A stretch of 64,000 nt of DNA from the human T2T-CHM13v2.0 reference genome, Homo sapiens: the NCBI RefSeq assembly GCF_009914755.1, contig NC_060928.1; one strand, given 5' to 3'. The notes beneath the pieces are model-generated. The model was not told the DNA's origin. It worked only from the letters and a program-made list of their open reading frames with translations, and did no database searches. Of this stretch, positions 12,620 through 26,130 are shown one piece after another. The stretch's first letter is position 1. Every line of letters starts with the position of its first letter. The position numbers and the translations under genes are program-made.

Positions 12620-13225
12620 AATTAGGAATCTTTCAGTGACAAGCGTCAAAAAATTATGTTAATTAGTTTATCCCATAATTTGTTGGTTCACTTAACATGG
12701 AAGTCCAGGGAATCGCTGGCTTCAGGCATGTCTGGAAGCAGAAGCTGAAATGATATGCTCAGTGTTAACTCCTGTGCCTCTTGTCATTCTTAATCTCATC
12801 CATCCTCCCTCCCTCTCTTATTGCTCCTCTCTACTCCTCTTTGTCCTTCTTTTTCTTCCTCTCTTTCTCCTACTCTTTATTCTATATCCCTCTATTTTGC
12901 TCATTCTGAAACTGGTTCTCAACACTTCGTACAATGTATAAATGATAGGCATTCACAGCTCTTAGCTTACCTGACTTCTCATTATGCCAGAGTCAAGGAA
13001 TTCCTTTCTACAAAATGCATATATCAAATGTTTCTGGAAGGAATATGATTAGCCTTGGTTGGCCACATTTCTGTTTTTTGACCAATCCTACCATGGAGGA
13101 GAATAGAATAGTAAGATTGGCTATGAATAGGTCCATTCTAGTTGCCCAGAAGTAGATGAGGCAGTGTATTTGATAATCTCACCCAAACCATATGTGTTGT
13201 TGGGAGAAAATTCTGGGAATGCAAA
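12620..13225 (-). mobile_element. Old MaLR LTR (MLT1K-like)
   Basis: ttaggaatctttcagtgacaag...aatttgttggttcacttaac...ggcttcaggcatgtctgga...tgaccaatc. Confidence 0.6.
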
Positions 13226-13437
13226 ATAATAAGTACTTATCCCAGATCTCCTTTTACCTGTCATCATTCATTGCATGTGCCTATCTCTATCTAAGTAATA
13301 GGAGCTCAGTAGGGAGATGAGGAAGTGAATGGATAAATGGGAGAGGGGAAGAACTGAGTTGACCTATAAGCAAAAGAAGAAAACGGCAGTTTTAGTGTTT
13401 TATGAGCTGTATTTAGATCATGCAATAATATTTTAGG

Positions 13438-13752
<315 letters not shown>

Positions 13753-14874
13753 ATGTTTTATGTTTTAAATTTATATAAATCCACAGTGGCTGCATCATTC
13801 AAATTACAAAAATAAGGAAATGTGGTACAAAATCATATTCAAAAAATGCATCTGCCATTGCTCCTTCAGAAAATAGTTATTGCTTGCTTACTCTGTGATA
13901 AGGCATTAATTACATGGTGCTTCATTTTTTTAGTGACAATAATTGAGATGCTTCTCTCTGTTCTTAGAGAACATCTTAAGCTGATAGAAAAACTAACAAA
14001 TGGGATACATAGTTTGTAAGTAAAGTATATTTGGGAAACCTTTTGTCTTTTTAAAGCATATAAAACTAATAGTGTGTTTTCAACTTCAGTGTATGGATGT
14101 AAGAAGCTTAAGAAAATGAATTCATATATTTAGCCTCATTTATTTTAAACCATTTATGGAGACATTTGATATATTTTTAAGTCTCCCAGAAAATATCCTA
14201 AGCATAAGCAAATAACTTCAAATACAATGTTTATATTTGGACATACTAGTTCTCTGCTGTCATCTTGACTGATTCAGAAAAGTTCTGAAGTGAAAGATTT
14301 TAGCATTTATTTCTCCTGGCTTTCTTCCATCTGCCAGGAATAACTCAGTTCACTGAAGGCTTCTGACAGGTCCCTGACCTTGGCCCCTATCTTTGCCATC
14401 AGTGTTTGGGGTGAGGAGAGAATGGGCTTTGAGGATGGTTGCCTCTTTTTCACTGCTGCACCTCCTCATTATCTCTCCAGGAAGCAGGTTGATTCTGGCC
14501 GGCAAAGCTCCCTGAGGTGGGATCCATTCAGTCCATTCTTACAGGGGTAATAGGGCTTGGGGCTCATTTCAGTCAGCCTTCGTTGGAAGAGAGAGGTCCC
14601 TTTCCTTTCCTTTTGAAGATTGATTAGTTTCCAAAGAAAGACAGATAACACCACTCTCATTCTCACTTTCTCTCTTTTTTCTGTTCTTGAAAACTCAATA
14701 GTTGTGTACAATAAGAAGTCTTGCTAGACAAATTGTGCCTATGCTTTATGTTCTGTAAACATGATTCTTGAAGCTGAGAAACTTTTAATGGAACCCTTTA
14801 GCTAAGCTGAAATTACTTACATAATCCAACTCTGTATTAGTTTTCCTGGTTTTTGAAATAGTGTCACAAAATAG

Positions 14875-15045
14875 CAAAAAAAAAAAAAAAAGAAAAAAAA
14901 GAAAGAAAAAAGAGAAAGAATGGGAAGTAGAGAATTTCTAACACAGTCATCTAACAGACTGACTCAGATGTAACAAGAAAGTATAATAATAATAAAATTT
15001 AAAAAAAAAGATTAACAGAAAACAAAACAAAACAAAAAAAAGAGA
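14875..15045. repeat. A-rich low-complexity tracts
   Basis: A and GAAA runs at 14877-14918; A and CAAAA runs at 15000-15045. Confidence 0.8.
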
Positions 15046-16020
15046 AAGTTCTCAGTAGCCCTCTGGAAAGAGAAATTTCTAAGCACAACTTTTTTTTGTT
15101 AAAGATAATTGAAAATAATTATATGTGTGTTTGGTAAACCACAACGATCTTTCTATATTGTTAACACCTAAAGTAGGTGAAGAGGTTAATGAGGAGGTTT
15201 CCCAGCAACAAATTTAATTGTAGTCATGTAAAAATTACATAAACTCAACATAAAATTTGAACACCTGTGCAGGAATCTGAAAAAATTTCATTCTAAGTAA
15301 TTCTTATAATTTGGACTCTCAGTCTAGTGGTGAGAATTTGAAAAAGTAAAGAATGCTCATGATAAAGTTTGACAGGTGCTCTGAAAGCAGTAAATATGAG
15401 GAATTAAGGCAACCTCTACTTTTGACATCGTTTGCTCTGAGGAAGTATTGTATATCCTGACTTTAATTTTTTCAGGACCCTGTGCACTTACAGGATGACA
15501 GAAATGATATTTCTTCTCTCCTGAAACCCTGGGGTTGATATTTACATATCACACTCAGACATACAAAAAATACTATTCTGCTTTATTTATCAATAACAAG
15601 ACCCTGTCCTCAATGATGGAGACAGAAAACAACTTTGCTAAGTTAAGCTATTTCAGCCACTACTTCTGGTTTTTATTGCTTTATTTCAGAGGAATTCAAT
15701 TGCAGTTGACTAAATCCTCAGTCAATTTAAAGTTCATATTTCATGTGAGGAATGTTTTTCTCTAAGTGAGTCCACATTCCTTTCTCTTTCTTTCCCAAGA
15801 TGGTCCAGGGAACAGGGCTGAATTCCCATGTTCTCATGATGAGAGAGGAAGTTCCTTCTGGTTTGTGTGCTGTCTCTGTCCTCATTGATGTCCTCTGGGA
15901 TATAGTTGCCTGGTATCTTGTGTTCTTGCCCACCGAGGTCTGGCCATTACAGGGTTGTAATGCTCATACATGCTGTTGAGGCAGAGGTTCCTTTTCCTCT
16001 GGTTTTTGAGATTTCCATAG

Positions 16021-16217
16021 CAGGGGTCGGTAAACTACAGCATACAAGGAAAACCCAGCTGCTGTGGGCTAAATCCAGCCATTTAGCTTGTTGGCTAAGG
16101 CTGTCAGTTTTCGTTCTACAACAGCAGTTGTGAGTACTTGCAACAAAGACTGTATGTCCTGCAAAGTCTAAAATATTTACTCTCAGGCCCCTTACGGAAA
16201 ACGTTTGCCAGCCCCTG
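16021..16217 (+). mobile_element. MER58A (hAT-Charlie MITE)
   Basis: TIRs caggggtcggtaaac / gtttgccagcccctg; internal gcaaagtctaaaatatttact. Confidence 0.9.
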
Positions 16218-16632
16218 ATCTCTCTGAGTCCTTGGATTGTCCACTCTTTGTTTGTCCTTCCTCTTGGCATGTTTCATCTTTTCCAGAGCACACAGGAACC
16301 ACTGGGTCTCCTGCACAGAAACTCAGGGCAGACAGAGTCACTGTCTAGGGACCTCCCCATCCCTCTCCTATGTCACTGCTTTGGCATCATGCTGTATATA
16401 AAAAGGTAGCAGGGGACCAGCCCTATCTCAGCCTGTCTATTGCTCACCATATCTGGAGGTATTTGAAGTTTCTGTGTTTTAGGTTTCCACCCTCTTGCCT
16501 GAAGGTCTTTGATATCTTCTTAGAGACTCATGTATCATTTTCAAGCTACCTTTCTCCCTTGCAAATCCCCTTTCTTCTTTCCTCGAAAGACTTAGTATCT
16601 GGAAAGAACTTTCCTTACGTGAATGATTCTTG

Positions 16633-16805
16633 AAGTGTTTTCTGTACCAGCAATTCTGCATCATATGAGAATTTGTTAAAAGTGAAAATATTTGGTCTCT
16701 ACCCCAGACCAACTGAATAAGATTGTCAGAGGGAGAGGCCCAGCAAGCTGCATTTTAGCAAGCTCTTCAGGTGATTTGTGATCTGATAAAGTTTGAGAAC
16801 CCCCT
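16633..16805. mobile_element. MER5A-like hAT-Charlie MITE
   Basis: ccccagaccaactgaat...ggcccagcaagctgcattttagcaagctcttcaggtgatt...aagtttgagaacc. Confidence 0.75.
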
Positions 16806-17369
16806 ACCTTACATCATATCTGCCACTAAAACCAGATGATCTGAGTAGCCAGGTTTCCTGCTTGATGTGTGAAAGGGAGCTTTCAAAATATAGAAAACTC
16901 CTTTCCCTTTCCACAAAGATTGGCTGGAGTAGACTCAAAAATTCTGTTTTGAAAATTGAATATTTCAATCGATTATCTTTTTCCTTGTCTTTCTGGTCTA
17001 CTAATTCAACTCCTCCCTGAGGCGGCCAATGCCTCTGGTTAAACAGAGAGTGTATAGGAAGTGCTCTTAAGGAGAAACATCTGGTGCTTTTGAATAAATG
17101 CTCTTCTATGCACTCATGATGCACACATTTATCTAAATAGCACAGTACATGCCTGAAACCAGCAACACTATTTGCTGAGTCAGAAATTTAAGCCTTAGCC
17201 TGTGAGACAGAGACTCCAATACTGGATTCCCTTTAGATCTCCATGGACATTTCAAACTTGGCAGGTGTGAAAGGAAATTTACTGATTCCTTATCTTTCTC
17301 CTCAAATCATTCTCCATTTCCCAAATTCTTGACCTTGGTAAATGGCTATGAGGAAGTGACTATAAAGTA

Positions 17370-17550
17370 CTGATTTGGAAGTGGACTGATCTGGATTCAA
17401 ACACCAATTTCAGCATCCATTAACTTTGTGATCTGCAACAGCCAACGTTTCTAGCTATACATTTTCCTGTAAAACAGAGGAAGTCCCAAATCCCATGGGT
17501 AGTTTTTAAGCTTTGGAGAAAATGTATGCCGGATATATGATATTTATTAT
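17370..17550 (+). mobile_element. MIR SINE
   Basis: ctggattcaaacacc...ttaactttgtgatc...cctgtaaaacagagg. Confidence 0.5.
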
Positions 17551-17844
17551 CCTATGCTTGCCCATTCTCAACTCCACTTAGTGACCAAATCACTAGGCAT
17601 CGTTGTGCATTCTCTTTTAGAAATGTCTTGAATTGATCATCGTATCCCCTTCCTTTCAACAGATTGCCACTGTTAATAAAGGTCATCTTCATTAGGGGAT
17701 GGAATAGTTTCTTATTTCTTCCTATCTCTAGTTGGGTCACTTCTTGGGAGAGCCACTTATGGTTTTGTGGGTTTGGGAGTGCACAAGAACACCACATCTA
17801 AGGGGCACCATTCAGATGTTACCCAGACCTTATAAAGGTCCCTC

Positions 17845-18030
17845 TGCACACTTACACTAATGCACCAACACACATTCTCACAGTCACACATGCACATGTT
17901 CTCACACAGTCACTCATACACTAACACACACTGGCCTTGATGCTCACACAGACTTAACACAAATGCACATCCTCATAGAGACTCAGATACCACTCCACCA
18001 CACACACACCCACTCACATTCACACACACT
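17845..18030. repeat. Degenerate CA-rich simple repeat
   Basis: Interrupted cacaca runs. Confidence 0.8.
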
Positions 18031-18754
18031 TTTGAGTGTTGTGTATTATTACAACAAAACAGTAAATCATGTTTCTCCAATAGAAGCAGTATATTAAAAC
18101 ATGTTCCTGTAACCATATTGAAGAAGGACTATCTTTCTTTAAATCTTTAAAGCACATGGAGGTGTCCTGGGGCCGCTCTGCTCTCCACTCCCATCTTTTC
18201 TTCAACAGTTGCTAGGATGATTCTATCTGAAGCCCCCACTTTTTCAGGCTTCCTGTGCCTAAGTTCCCATTGCAGCTCATGCAGACTGCATTTTGGCCCT
18301 CTCACACAGTGCATGGTTATGCCACCCGAGAGGGAAAAATGCACTGTGATCATCACTGATAACCACCATTATACCTGGTCAAAAGGAGATGTGTAAGAAT
18401 GTAAGAAGTTATTTTGCCTACTGCATGAATAATTAATGCTAGTGGCCTGTTTTCCATATGTATGGAAATATAGAGAGATTCAGCCAAAAATACTGTACTC
18501 TTGTACTTTTTTTTTTAATTTGGTGATTATCCATTTACCTATTTTAATTACAAGGAAGAGCTCCAAAGAAATAGGAATGTTTTAGGAAGAACTTGATGGA
18601 AAGTGCCTAACTGCTTTTTAGGACTATTCTGTGCAATATGTTTTTAACAAAAAGAGAGATTCCATTTATCCAGCACTATTTTCATCATTCTGTTGCTTCA
18701 AGTGGATGAGAGGGTTCTCTTGTCTTTCTTATTCTTCACCCACTTTTAGAGTTT

Positions 18755-18990
18755 AACATCTTACATTTACTGAGTACTCTTTATAGGTACGACACATTAT
18801 GCCAGTTGTTTTTGAAGCCTTGATTTCATTTAATTCTTCAGACCAGTCTTAGAGGTGGGTTGATTCTATTTCCATTTCACAGGTGAGGAAGCAATTATTT
18901 TGAGAGGAATTTACCTGACATTAAGTGGTGCAGAAAGGGCAGAACATGGCTTCAAAACTAGTTTTGTCTGCTTTGTGAGCCTGTGATCTC
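18755..18990 (-). mobile_element. MIR SINE
   Basis: catttactgagtact...tttcatttaattcttca...ccatttcacaggtgaggaa. Confidence 0.7.
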
Positions 18991-20289
18991 TAGAGGCGTG
19001 ATTATTGGACTTTTTTTTTTTACCTCCTTAAATTTTACAAAAAACTAAAGTGAGGAAAAGAAACCCAAAGAGAAAAGGTAAAATACTGTTGAATAAAACC
19101 TGTTTTCTGACTTTTTATTAAAAAGAAATGATTTTATATTATCTATTGTTAATTTTCTAATTTCCAAAATTAACTTTGTCCTGTTTGTAAATTGTCTTTA
19201 TAATTTATATCTTTAACTGTGTTCTATAGCATGGATCCTGCTAAATTCTGACTTTCATGCTGGGAAGGACCCTATTTTCCATTTTTATGATCTTTGTTGG
19301 TTTCTTTGCTCTGTTCTTACAATTTTGCATATGAATTCTAGAAATAACCAGATAAGAGAAAGCAAAGCATAGACTAGGAGACTTTTAAGCCCACTCACAG
19401 CTTCAAGCATCATGATAACAAAATTGAAAGCAAGTGTATTGATTTGGGTGGTATTATATTTGTCTCTAGGGCTTGAAAAGACCTTTAATTTCTCTCTTTT
19501 TACACACCATTTTTTGTTGTAAGTATGTTTACAAATGAATAAATGTCATATTTAATAAACCTAATGGAGAGAAGTTGCCTTTAAAGAAACCAACAGATAT
19601 GAGCATCATGTTGTGAGCATGTTTACATTTACGAACATATTATTTTCTCATTACCTACTCAGTTATTTAGAAATCATAGGAGTTAGATGCTAAATGTCAT
19701 TATATTTATATGTGAAGCAGCATTTCTAATCTCCAGTCACTTCTTTCAACTTACACATCTGACTTTGACCTCTCACTTCCCATGGCATTTCAGAGTTGTT
19801 ACAGAATTTATAATCAAAATTAGTTTGGCAGCTTAGAACTTATTGGAAGAAAAACATCACCTTATTCTGCCGCTATTATCATACTCAAGAAAACTGCTTT
19901 TTCACTTTGTTTAAACTGTATTTTTGACTTATAGTAGATCAATTTCTCCGCATTTCAATTTACAATTATATGTAACATGAATCTCAATTTTTGAAATACC
20001 TAACTCAATAATGTATGAAATCATTTATAAAATAATTTCTCCTATTTGCTTTGAAGGAAATTTTAAAGAGATAAAAGTGCTTCCACTTTCACACACAAGT
20101 TTAACTCATAAGTTTAATGGTGACCAATATTATATTCTTGGTGTAAATCCTACTAAAATTTTATCTATCCTGTAATATTAAATATATATAAATTACACAC
20201 TATGTGTGTGTTATTAATATGCACATGTATATGTGTTGGTGTTTAATAAAGTTGGTTTCTACAAAATTTCTTAGAGCTACCCTTAGCAT

Positions 20290-20580
20290 TAATTTACTCA
20301 CTTGATAAATATGTATTGAGTCCTTTTGAGGTGCCAAACTCACTTCTAGGGACCACAAATATATAAATGACTAAGTGAAACCCAATTGCATATCCTGCAG
20401 GAGCTTAGAATCTACTGGTAGAAACATACAATTCAAGAGCAATGATAATACTCTGTGGTGTTTCTCTGGTGTAGCACATGGAAGAGGCACAGTCCATCCC
20501 AGGGAAGGCTAAACAAGAAGCAGGAGTTAGCTTGGAATCACAGGGGGAAAGAAGATTTTCAGTGAGAGGAACAATGAGCA
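20290..20580 (-). mobile_element. L2 3' end
   Basis: ataaatatgtattgagt...gtgccaaac...cctgcaggagcttagaatcta. Confidence 0.65.
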
Positions 20581-20651
20581 GCTTATAGAAGAAAGATGTA
20601 GTAGCAGAACCTGGTGATATTTTGTCTCTTAGAAATTGCTGTCATCTGTGA

Positions 20652-20880
20652 GAGACAGTGTGTGTAGTGGCTAAACCAATACAATTTAAACTGCCTAAGT
20701 GTGAATCTTGGCTCAGCCACTTTTGGATTGTGAGTCATTAGCATCACTTCCCTGTGCCTCATTTTCCCCATTTGTGTGAAAGTGGGTTTTAGAATAATGC
20801 CTACTTGATGAAGGTACAGGGAAAATTATATGCGATGATACATGCAGGGTGTCTGGAGGAATGAACACCAGATATGAAGA
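20652..20880 (+). mobile_element. MIR SINE
   Basis: gtagtggctaa...gaatcttggctcagccact...ctgtgcctcattttccccatttgt. Confidence 0.7.
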
Positions 20881-20887
20881 GAGTCCT

Positions 20888-20958
20888 TGTATGTGTTTGC
20901 TAGGATTGCTATATCAAAGTACTATGAAGTGCATGGCTTAATAATAGAAATTTATTGA
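20888..20958 (-). mobile_element. MaLR (MLT1) LTR terminal fragment
   Basis: tgtatgtgtttgctaggattgcta...aaagtac...ggcttaataatagaaatttatt. Confidence 0.55.
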
Positions 20959-21284
20959 GTTACTTTTTCCTAGCCTGCTTATTATTTGTGTGAAGAGAAG
21001 GACTTCTTAATGAATACATGAAGCAAAATTGTTCTTTAATCTTTTGCTTTCAGTTTTACCCTTACTGCTTTTTGTGTTTGGACTTTTTATCTAGATTGTC
21101 ATTTCTGTTCTTTGGCATTTAAATGGCCTGCTTTAAGCAGTCCAGACCTTTCTTTGTTGTCTGAGACTCAATAGTTTCCTGCTGACCATCTATCTGATAA
21201 GTTGAGTCTTTTGCTAATTGTGATCTCATAGCCTACTCCTTCAACTTTCTTCTTATCCCTTCTCCCAATTTTTCCAATCTGTAT

Positions 21285-21350
21285 TCTTTTTCCTCTTCTC
21301 TCCTTCTCTTCCCTTTCTCCTTCTTTCCTTCCTTTCCCTTCCCTTTGTCC
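21285..21350. repeat. CT-rich low complexity
   Basis: Near-pure pyrimidine tract. Confidence 0.75.
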
Positions 21351-22179
21351 CTATTTACTGCTTTGTCACTTATTTTCCTGTTTCTTCTGCAGCAGTAAAC
21401 AGGAAATGCAGCTTCAGTTTGCTGCTACATGTTGTTATAATAATACTCTGAAGAAATTAATGCATGGTTTCTTCGCTGTGACAATATAAACTTATTAAAG
21501 GCTTACGTTCACTCGATACATTGATCATTTTTCTGATAACTCTAAAAACCACAAATGTCAATAAGTCACAGAGTTGAAACCTGTCAACATCACTACAGTT
21601 GTTAGATTTGTTGTTTAGCCTTTTTTATTATTGCTTTTTTTTTCTTCCTTATAGCTCATTGAAATTCTAGTTGGAAAGAATGGAGCAGTGAACTATGAAG
21701 AAACATTAATTAATTTTACATGACGTGTGTATGTGTATAAGTGGATTTTAAATAATTAGTCACAATTAGTATGGTTTTTAAAAATTTTAGCTTAGTGATC
21801 TAGACCATTATCATCTTGGTTATTATGTTTTTAATGTTCAGATTGTAAGTGGATTAATAGTAGAGTGCACATTCATCCACTGAATAATTGTTGAAGGAAG
21901 AATGGTATCATCAGTCTTTTTGAGGAGTTTTGTTCGTCCAGTTCTGCCATCTCACTGTAAATAATTGTAGAAATGGTACAATGGATGGCTGATGAATCGG
22001 TAAAACATGGAGATTTCCTATAGCAAGGAATATGTACACCTGTCACTTAAAATCTATTATTTTCTTTTTTCTGGTTTATAAATAGAGGCCTGAAAATAGT
22101 TTATACTTAAAAATATCCTAATATGATAATTTTGTTGATTATGAATAAAGAGTATTTTATCTAAGTCGTATCACTTGAA

Positions 22180-22320
22180 GAGCAAGGGTTAGTAGAACTA
22201 GGCTCTGGATTTAGTTTTGCATTAACTAACAGTTTGATTTATGGCAAACCATTTAATCAGTCTTGACCTTCATTTTCTCATCATAAGTTGAAAGTGTTAA
22301 CTTCTGTGTTCCTTTAGGGC
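22180..22320 (+). mobile_element. MIR fragment
   Basis: tggcaaaccatttaatcagtcttgaccttcattttctcatc. Confidence 0.5.
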
Positions 22321-22516
22321 CCTTTAAATTTCATCAGTTGATATTTTAATATTTTTAACAACCTGGTCATTACAATAACATCTGCGTATGAACCCATCAA
22401 AGGATCTAATTTTAGAGTTTAATTTTATACTTTGTAGATGTCTGAAGGAAAAAAAAAGGGACAGTGTCATACATAAAAATGCACTATGTGCTTTCATTTT
22501 AAAAATATTTTATATC

Positions 22517-22770
22517 ACTGTTCTTCAAATATTGAAGCATCAGGATCCCTTTATATTCTTAGAACTTGTACAGAACCACCACGAGCTTGTCATTATGTGC
22601 ATTATAGATACCAAATTTAGCATTTTATAAATTTAAGCAGTACATTTAGAGATTTAGGAATTTATTCAAAAACAATAGACCCATTATATGTTAACATAAA
22701 TAACATATCTATAAAAGAAATAAAAAATTTTTCAAAACAAAAAACAATGAGAAGAATATCATTGTTTAAC

Positions 22771-22802
<32 letters not shown>

Positions 22803-23049
22803 CTCTTTAGTGTCTGGCTTCTTACAAGACACCTGGATTCTTCTCTCTGCTTTTACTGTATTCATACTGTTGTAATATCACACAACATGGACCTCTGGGA
22901 ACTCCACTGTACAGTCATGAGAGATTGAGAATGAAAAAGGCAAATGACATTTCAGTATTGTTACAAAAATAGTTCTAACCTATAGGGACCCGTTGAAAAG
23001 TGTCTCAGTGACCCATAGATGACCCTGGAAATCACTTTGAGAACTACCA
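22517..23049 (+). mobile_element. Charlie1b-like hAT DNA transposon (~530 bp, complete)
   Basis: caggatccctttatattctt...cccattatatgttaacataaataacat...aatctctttagtgtctggctt...cactttgagaac; internal poly-T expansion at 22771-22796. Confidence 0.8.
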
Positions 23050-23337
23050 TTCTATATTTTTTAATATGAGATAATTCCATTGTAGAAAGCATACTTCAAA
23101 ATTCGAAGTTTTGATGTATCTTTCAGTTACCCAAAAATTCAACTTGACTTTTAATGGTGCAATGATGCCGAAATCCCCCTGTCCGTGCATCAGTTTATTT
23201 TTCTACTGCCTATTTGCATGATGGTTAAAAATATGGGTGAAATGATTTTCTTCCCTTTTAGCCCCTGCAAGAGACCTTATCTTTACATATGCATCTTCTT
23301 TACTCGACTATAAACTCTGTAAGAAGAGGGAGTATTC

Positions 23338-23700
23338 CTGTGCAGCCATAAAAAAGGATGAGTTCGTGTCCTTTGCAGGGACATGGATGAAGCTGGAAAC
23401 CATCATTCTCAGCAAACTGTCACAAGGACAGAAAACCAAACACTGCATGTTCTCACTCATAGGTGGGAATTGAACAATGAGAACAGTTGGACACAGGGCG
23501 GGGAACATCACACACCAGGGCCTGTCGTGGAGCGGGGGTTGGGAGAGGGAGAGCTTTAGGAGAAATACCTAATGTAAACGACTCGTTAATGGGTGCAGCA
23601 AACCAACATGGCACATATATACCTATGTAACAGACCTGCACGTTGTGCACATGTACCCTAGAACTTAAAGTATAATTTAAAAAAAGTAAAAAAAATAAAA
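23338..23700 (+). mobile_element. 5'-truncated primate L1 (L1PA5/6-like) 3' end
   Basis: Close match to the L1PA 3'UTR (acaaggacagaaaaccaaacac...accctagaacttaaagtataat) plus A tail; TSD-like agtattc at 23331-23337 and 23713-23719. Confidence 0.95.
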
Positions 23701-25144
23701 AGAGAGAGAGAAAGTATTCAATACTGTATCCTATCTAATTTCTCAAGAAATATGTGTTAAATGACTGAATAAAATAGAAAAGATAGGAAGAAGCAAATGG
23801 AACATATTAACAATATTAACAAATTTGAATAAAATGCTAATTCTTGAGAAAATTGGTAATAAATGTCTAAATCATTCTCAAATAGAAAAATGTTATCAAA
23901 ATTTAATTTTACAGTTTGTATATGAATGTATTATATTCTCTCAGGTACAATTGAAAGAAACTTACTGAAAGTGAATACATCTATTAAGATTAAAATTAAA
24001 TGAACAAAAACTCTAACAATGTAGAAGTATATGGACTTGCTTGAAATGATGGAAATGCTTCTAAGTATATAAAATGGGAGGTATTATCAGTATTATAAAC
24101 TAGTAATCATAAGCCCTACCCTCCCCTGTCATGCAGAGTTATAAGTAGGGATCCATAGAAGACAAATAAAGAGCTGCTCATACTCCATTTCGAATTGGAC
24201 CGCCTGGATTCTGGTGTTGATTGCATATGGCAGTCCCATCATAAACTTACTCAGCCCCTCTGGGCTTCTATATCCTCCCACAGAGAAACTTTGTAACAAT
24301 GGAAACCTAAAATGTAACAGCTGTTTACTTACATTGAGGGAGTGAATTTCTCACTACAGAAGGGGTTCAAGTCCAAGTAGGTAGGACAGTTCCCCAACTC
24401 TCAGTTTATTTCATTTGAAGGAGGTAGTTGGTTTCTCAGACTGCTCCCCTTAGTCCTGCCCATATCTAATAGGTGTGGTATCTGTAATGCTAAAAATTCA
24501 TACAACGAGTAGCAAAAGTTGTGCCTAGAATTTATATGCATAGTTTGTACCATTATTTTAAAAATGAAGAATAAGGAAAAACTATATTGAAATCAATAAT
24601 CACCATAATGGTGGTTTTAGAAAGTTGTTCTTGTGACCTAATAATGTGGTGAAGAGATTTTGATAAGTCCCTACACCCAGCGTGTGTGGATATAATGTCA
24701 TTATGATATGTATTATTATACTGAGATGCAGAGATTCATTTATAATTTACAAATAAATTAATTATGATTGAAAAAGGCAGAATATTTTGGAAGCTGTGTC
24801 CCAGTGACTGTACAATTTTCCCAGAATCTCCTAAATGATAAAAGTGACTTATAAAAATCAGTTTTACAAAAGGTGACACTGTTTAGTAACATACATTTGC
24901 AAGTTTCACATAATAGAAAAAAATAATGTATTCTTTATTTGAGGAGTGAAGAAATCTATCTGCATGTAAACAGGATATGACATTCCTTGTTGCTAACTTA
25001 ACAATGTGATTACAGTTTACATATTTCTTCGGATAGTGGTGCTTTACTAGTAAATGACTATTTATCCTTTTGATACACAAACAAGGGCTTATTTTATATG
25101 TAGATGCCATAAGGATTACTCATGGAGTTTCAGAAGATTTTGAG

Positions 25145-26130
25145 CTTTTTTTAATTAGGAAAATGATCAGACATACAGAAATATTGGAAGAATGTATCAT
25201 CTATATAGTTATCACATAAACTCAGTAGTTGCTAGTATTGTGCCCCATTTGATTCATCCATACATTTATTTCATGAACCATTTGATCACCTGTATTTTCA
25301 GTAACTGGAAGGTTAATCTAAATATGTGATAACGACCACTTTGGAAAACAGTTAGCCAGTTTCTTACTAAGCTAAACATCTCTGGGCATTGGTATTTACT
25401 CAAACAAGTTGAAAACTCATACTACATGATCACCTGCATACATATATTTAAGGAGCTTTATGCATAATTGCCAAATCTTGGAAGCAACTAATTTACCCTT
25501 CAGTATGTAAATGAATAAATAAACTGAGGTACATCTAAGCAATGGAGTATTATTCAGTGCTAAAGAGAAATGAACTGTGAAACCATGGAAAGACATGGAG
25601 GGACCTTAAATGCATATTAGTAAGTGAAAGAAATTAATCTGAAAAGGCTACATACAGTGTGATTCCAACTCTCTGACAGAGTACAGAGGGGTTTTAGGCC
25701 AGTGAAACTATTCTGTATGATACTAAATAATGGTAGATGCATGTTACTGTAAATTTATCTAAATACATAGAATGCACAACACTAAAAGTGATTCCTAATG
25801 TAAACTGTGGGCTTTGGGTGATAGTGATATGTGTCAACATAAGACTCATCAGTTGTAATAAAGATACTACTCTGCATGGGGATATTGATGGCATAAGAAG
25901 CTCTGCACATGTGGGGGCAGGAGGTATATGAGAACTCTGTAATGAACATAAACTGCTCTAAAATTAATAAAGATTATTAAAAATAACGACATTTATTATA
26001 ACATTTTTGAGAAGAATACTTTACAGATGATATTATGTACTTTATTTTATGTTACATTAGAGGATATATGTCGCCTTATCCAACTATTAATGATAGTAAG
26101 TGTGAGTGCTTGATGGATCATCTTAATACA
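25145..26130 (-). mobile_element. Old L1M (MC4/5- or ME-like) 3' region, split by a sense L1MC
   Basis: Reverse L1M 3'UTR motifs at 25145-25330 and 25985-26130. Confidence 0.5.
25333..25984 (+). mobile_element. L1MC1/2-like 3' end
   Basis: ccactttggaaaacagtt...gacatggagggaccttaaatgcatatt...tctgaaaaggctacatac...cctaatgtaaact...aaactgctctaaaa. Confidence 0.85.

Larger units (their letters stand above)
17220..18310 (+). mobile_element. Fragmented L2, interrupted by a MIR and a CA-rich tract
   Basis: L2-like pyrimidine-rich pieces at 17220-17350, 17550-17760 and 18180-18310. Confidence 0.45.

Noticed and set aside
17765-17830. MER91-like remnant (aggggcaccattcagat)
   Set aside because: Too short and diverged to call without an alignment.
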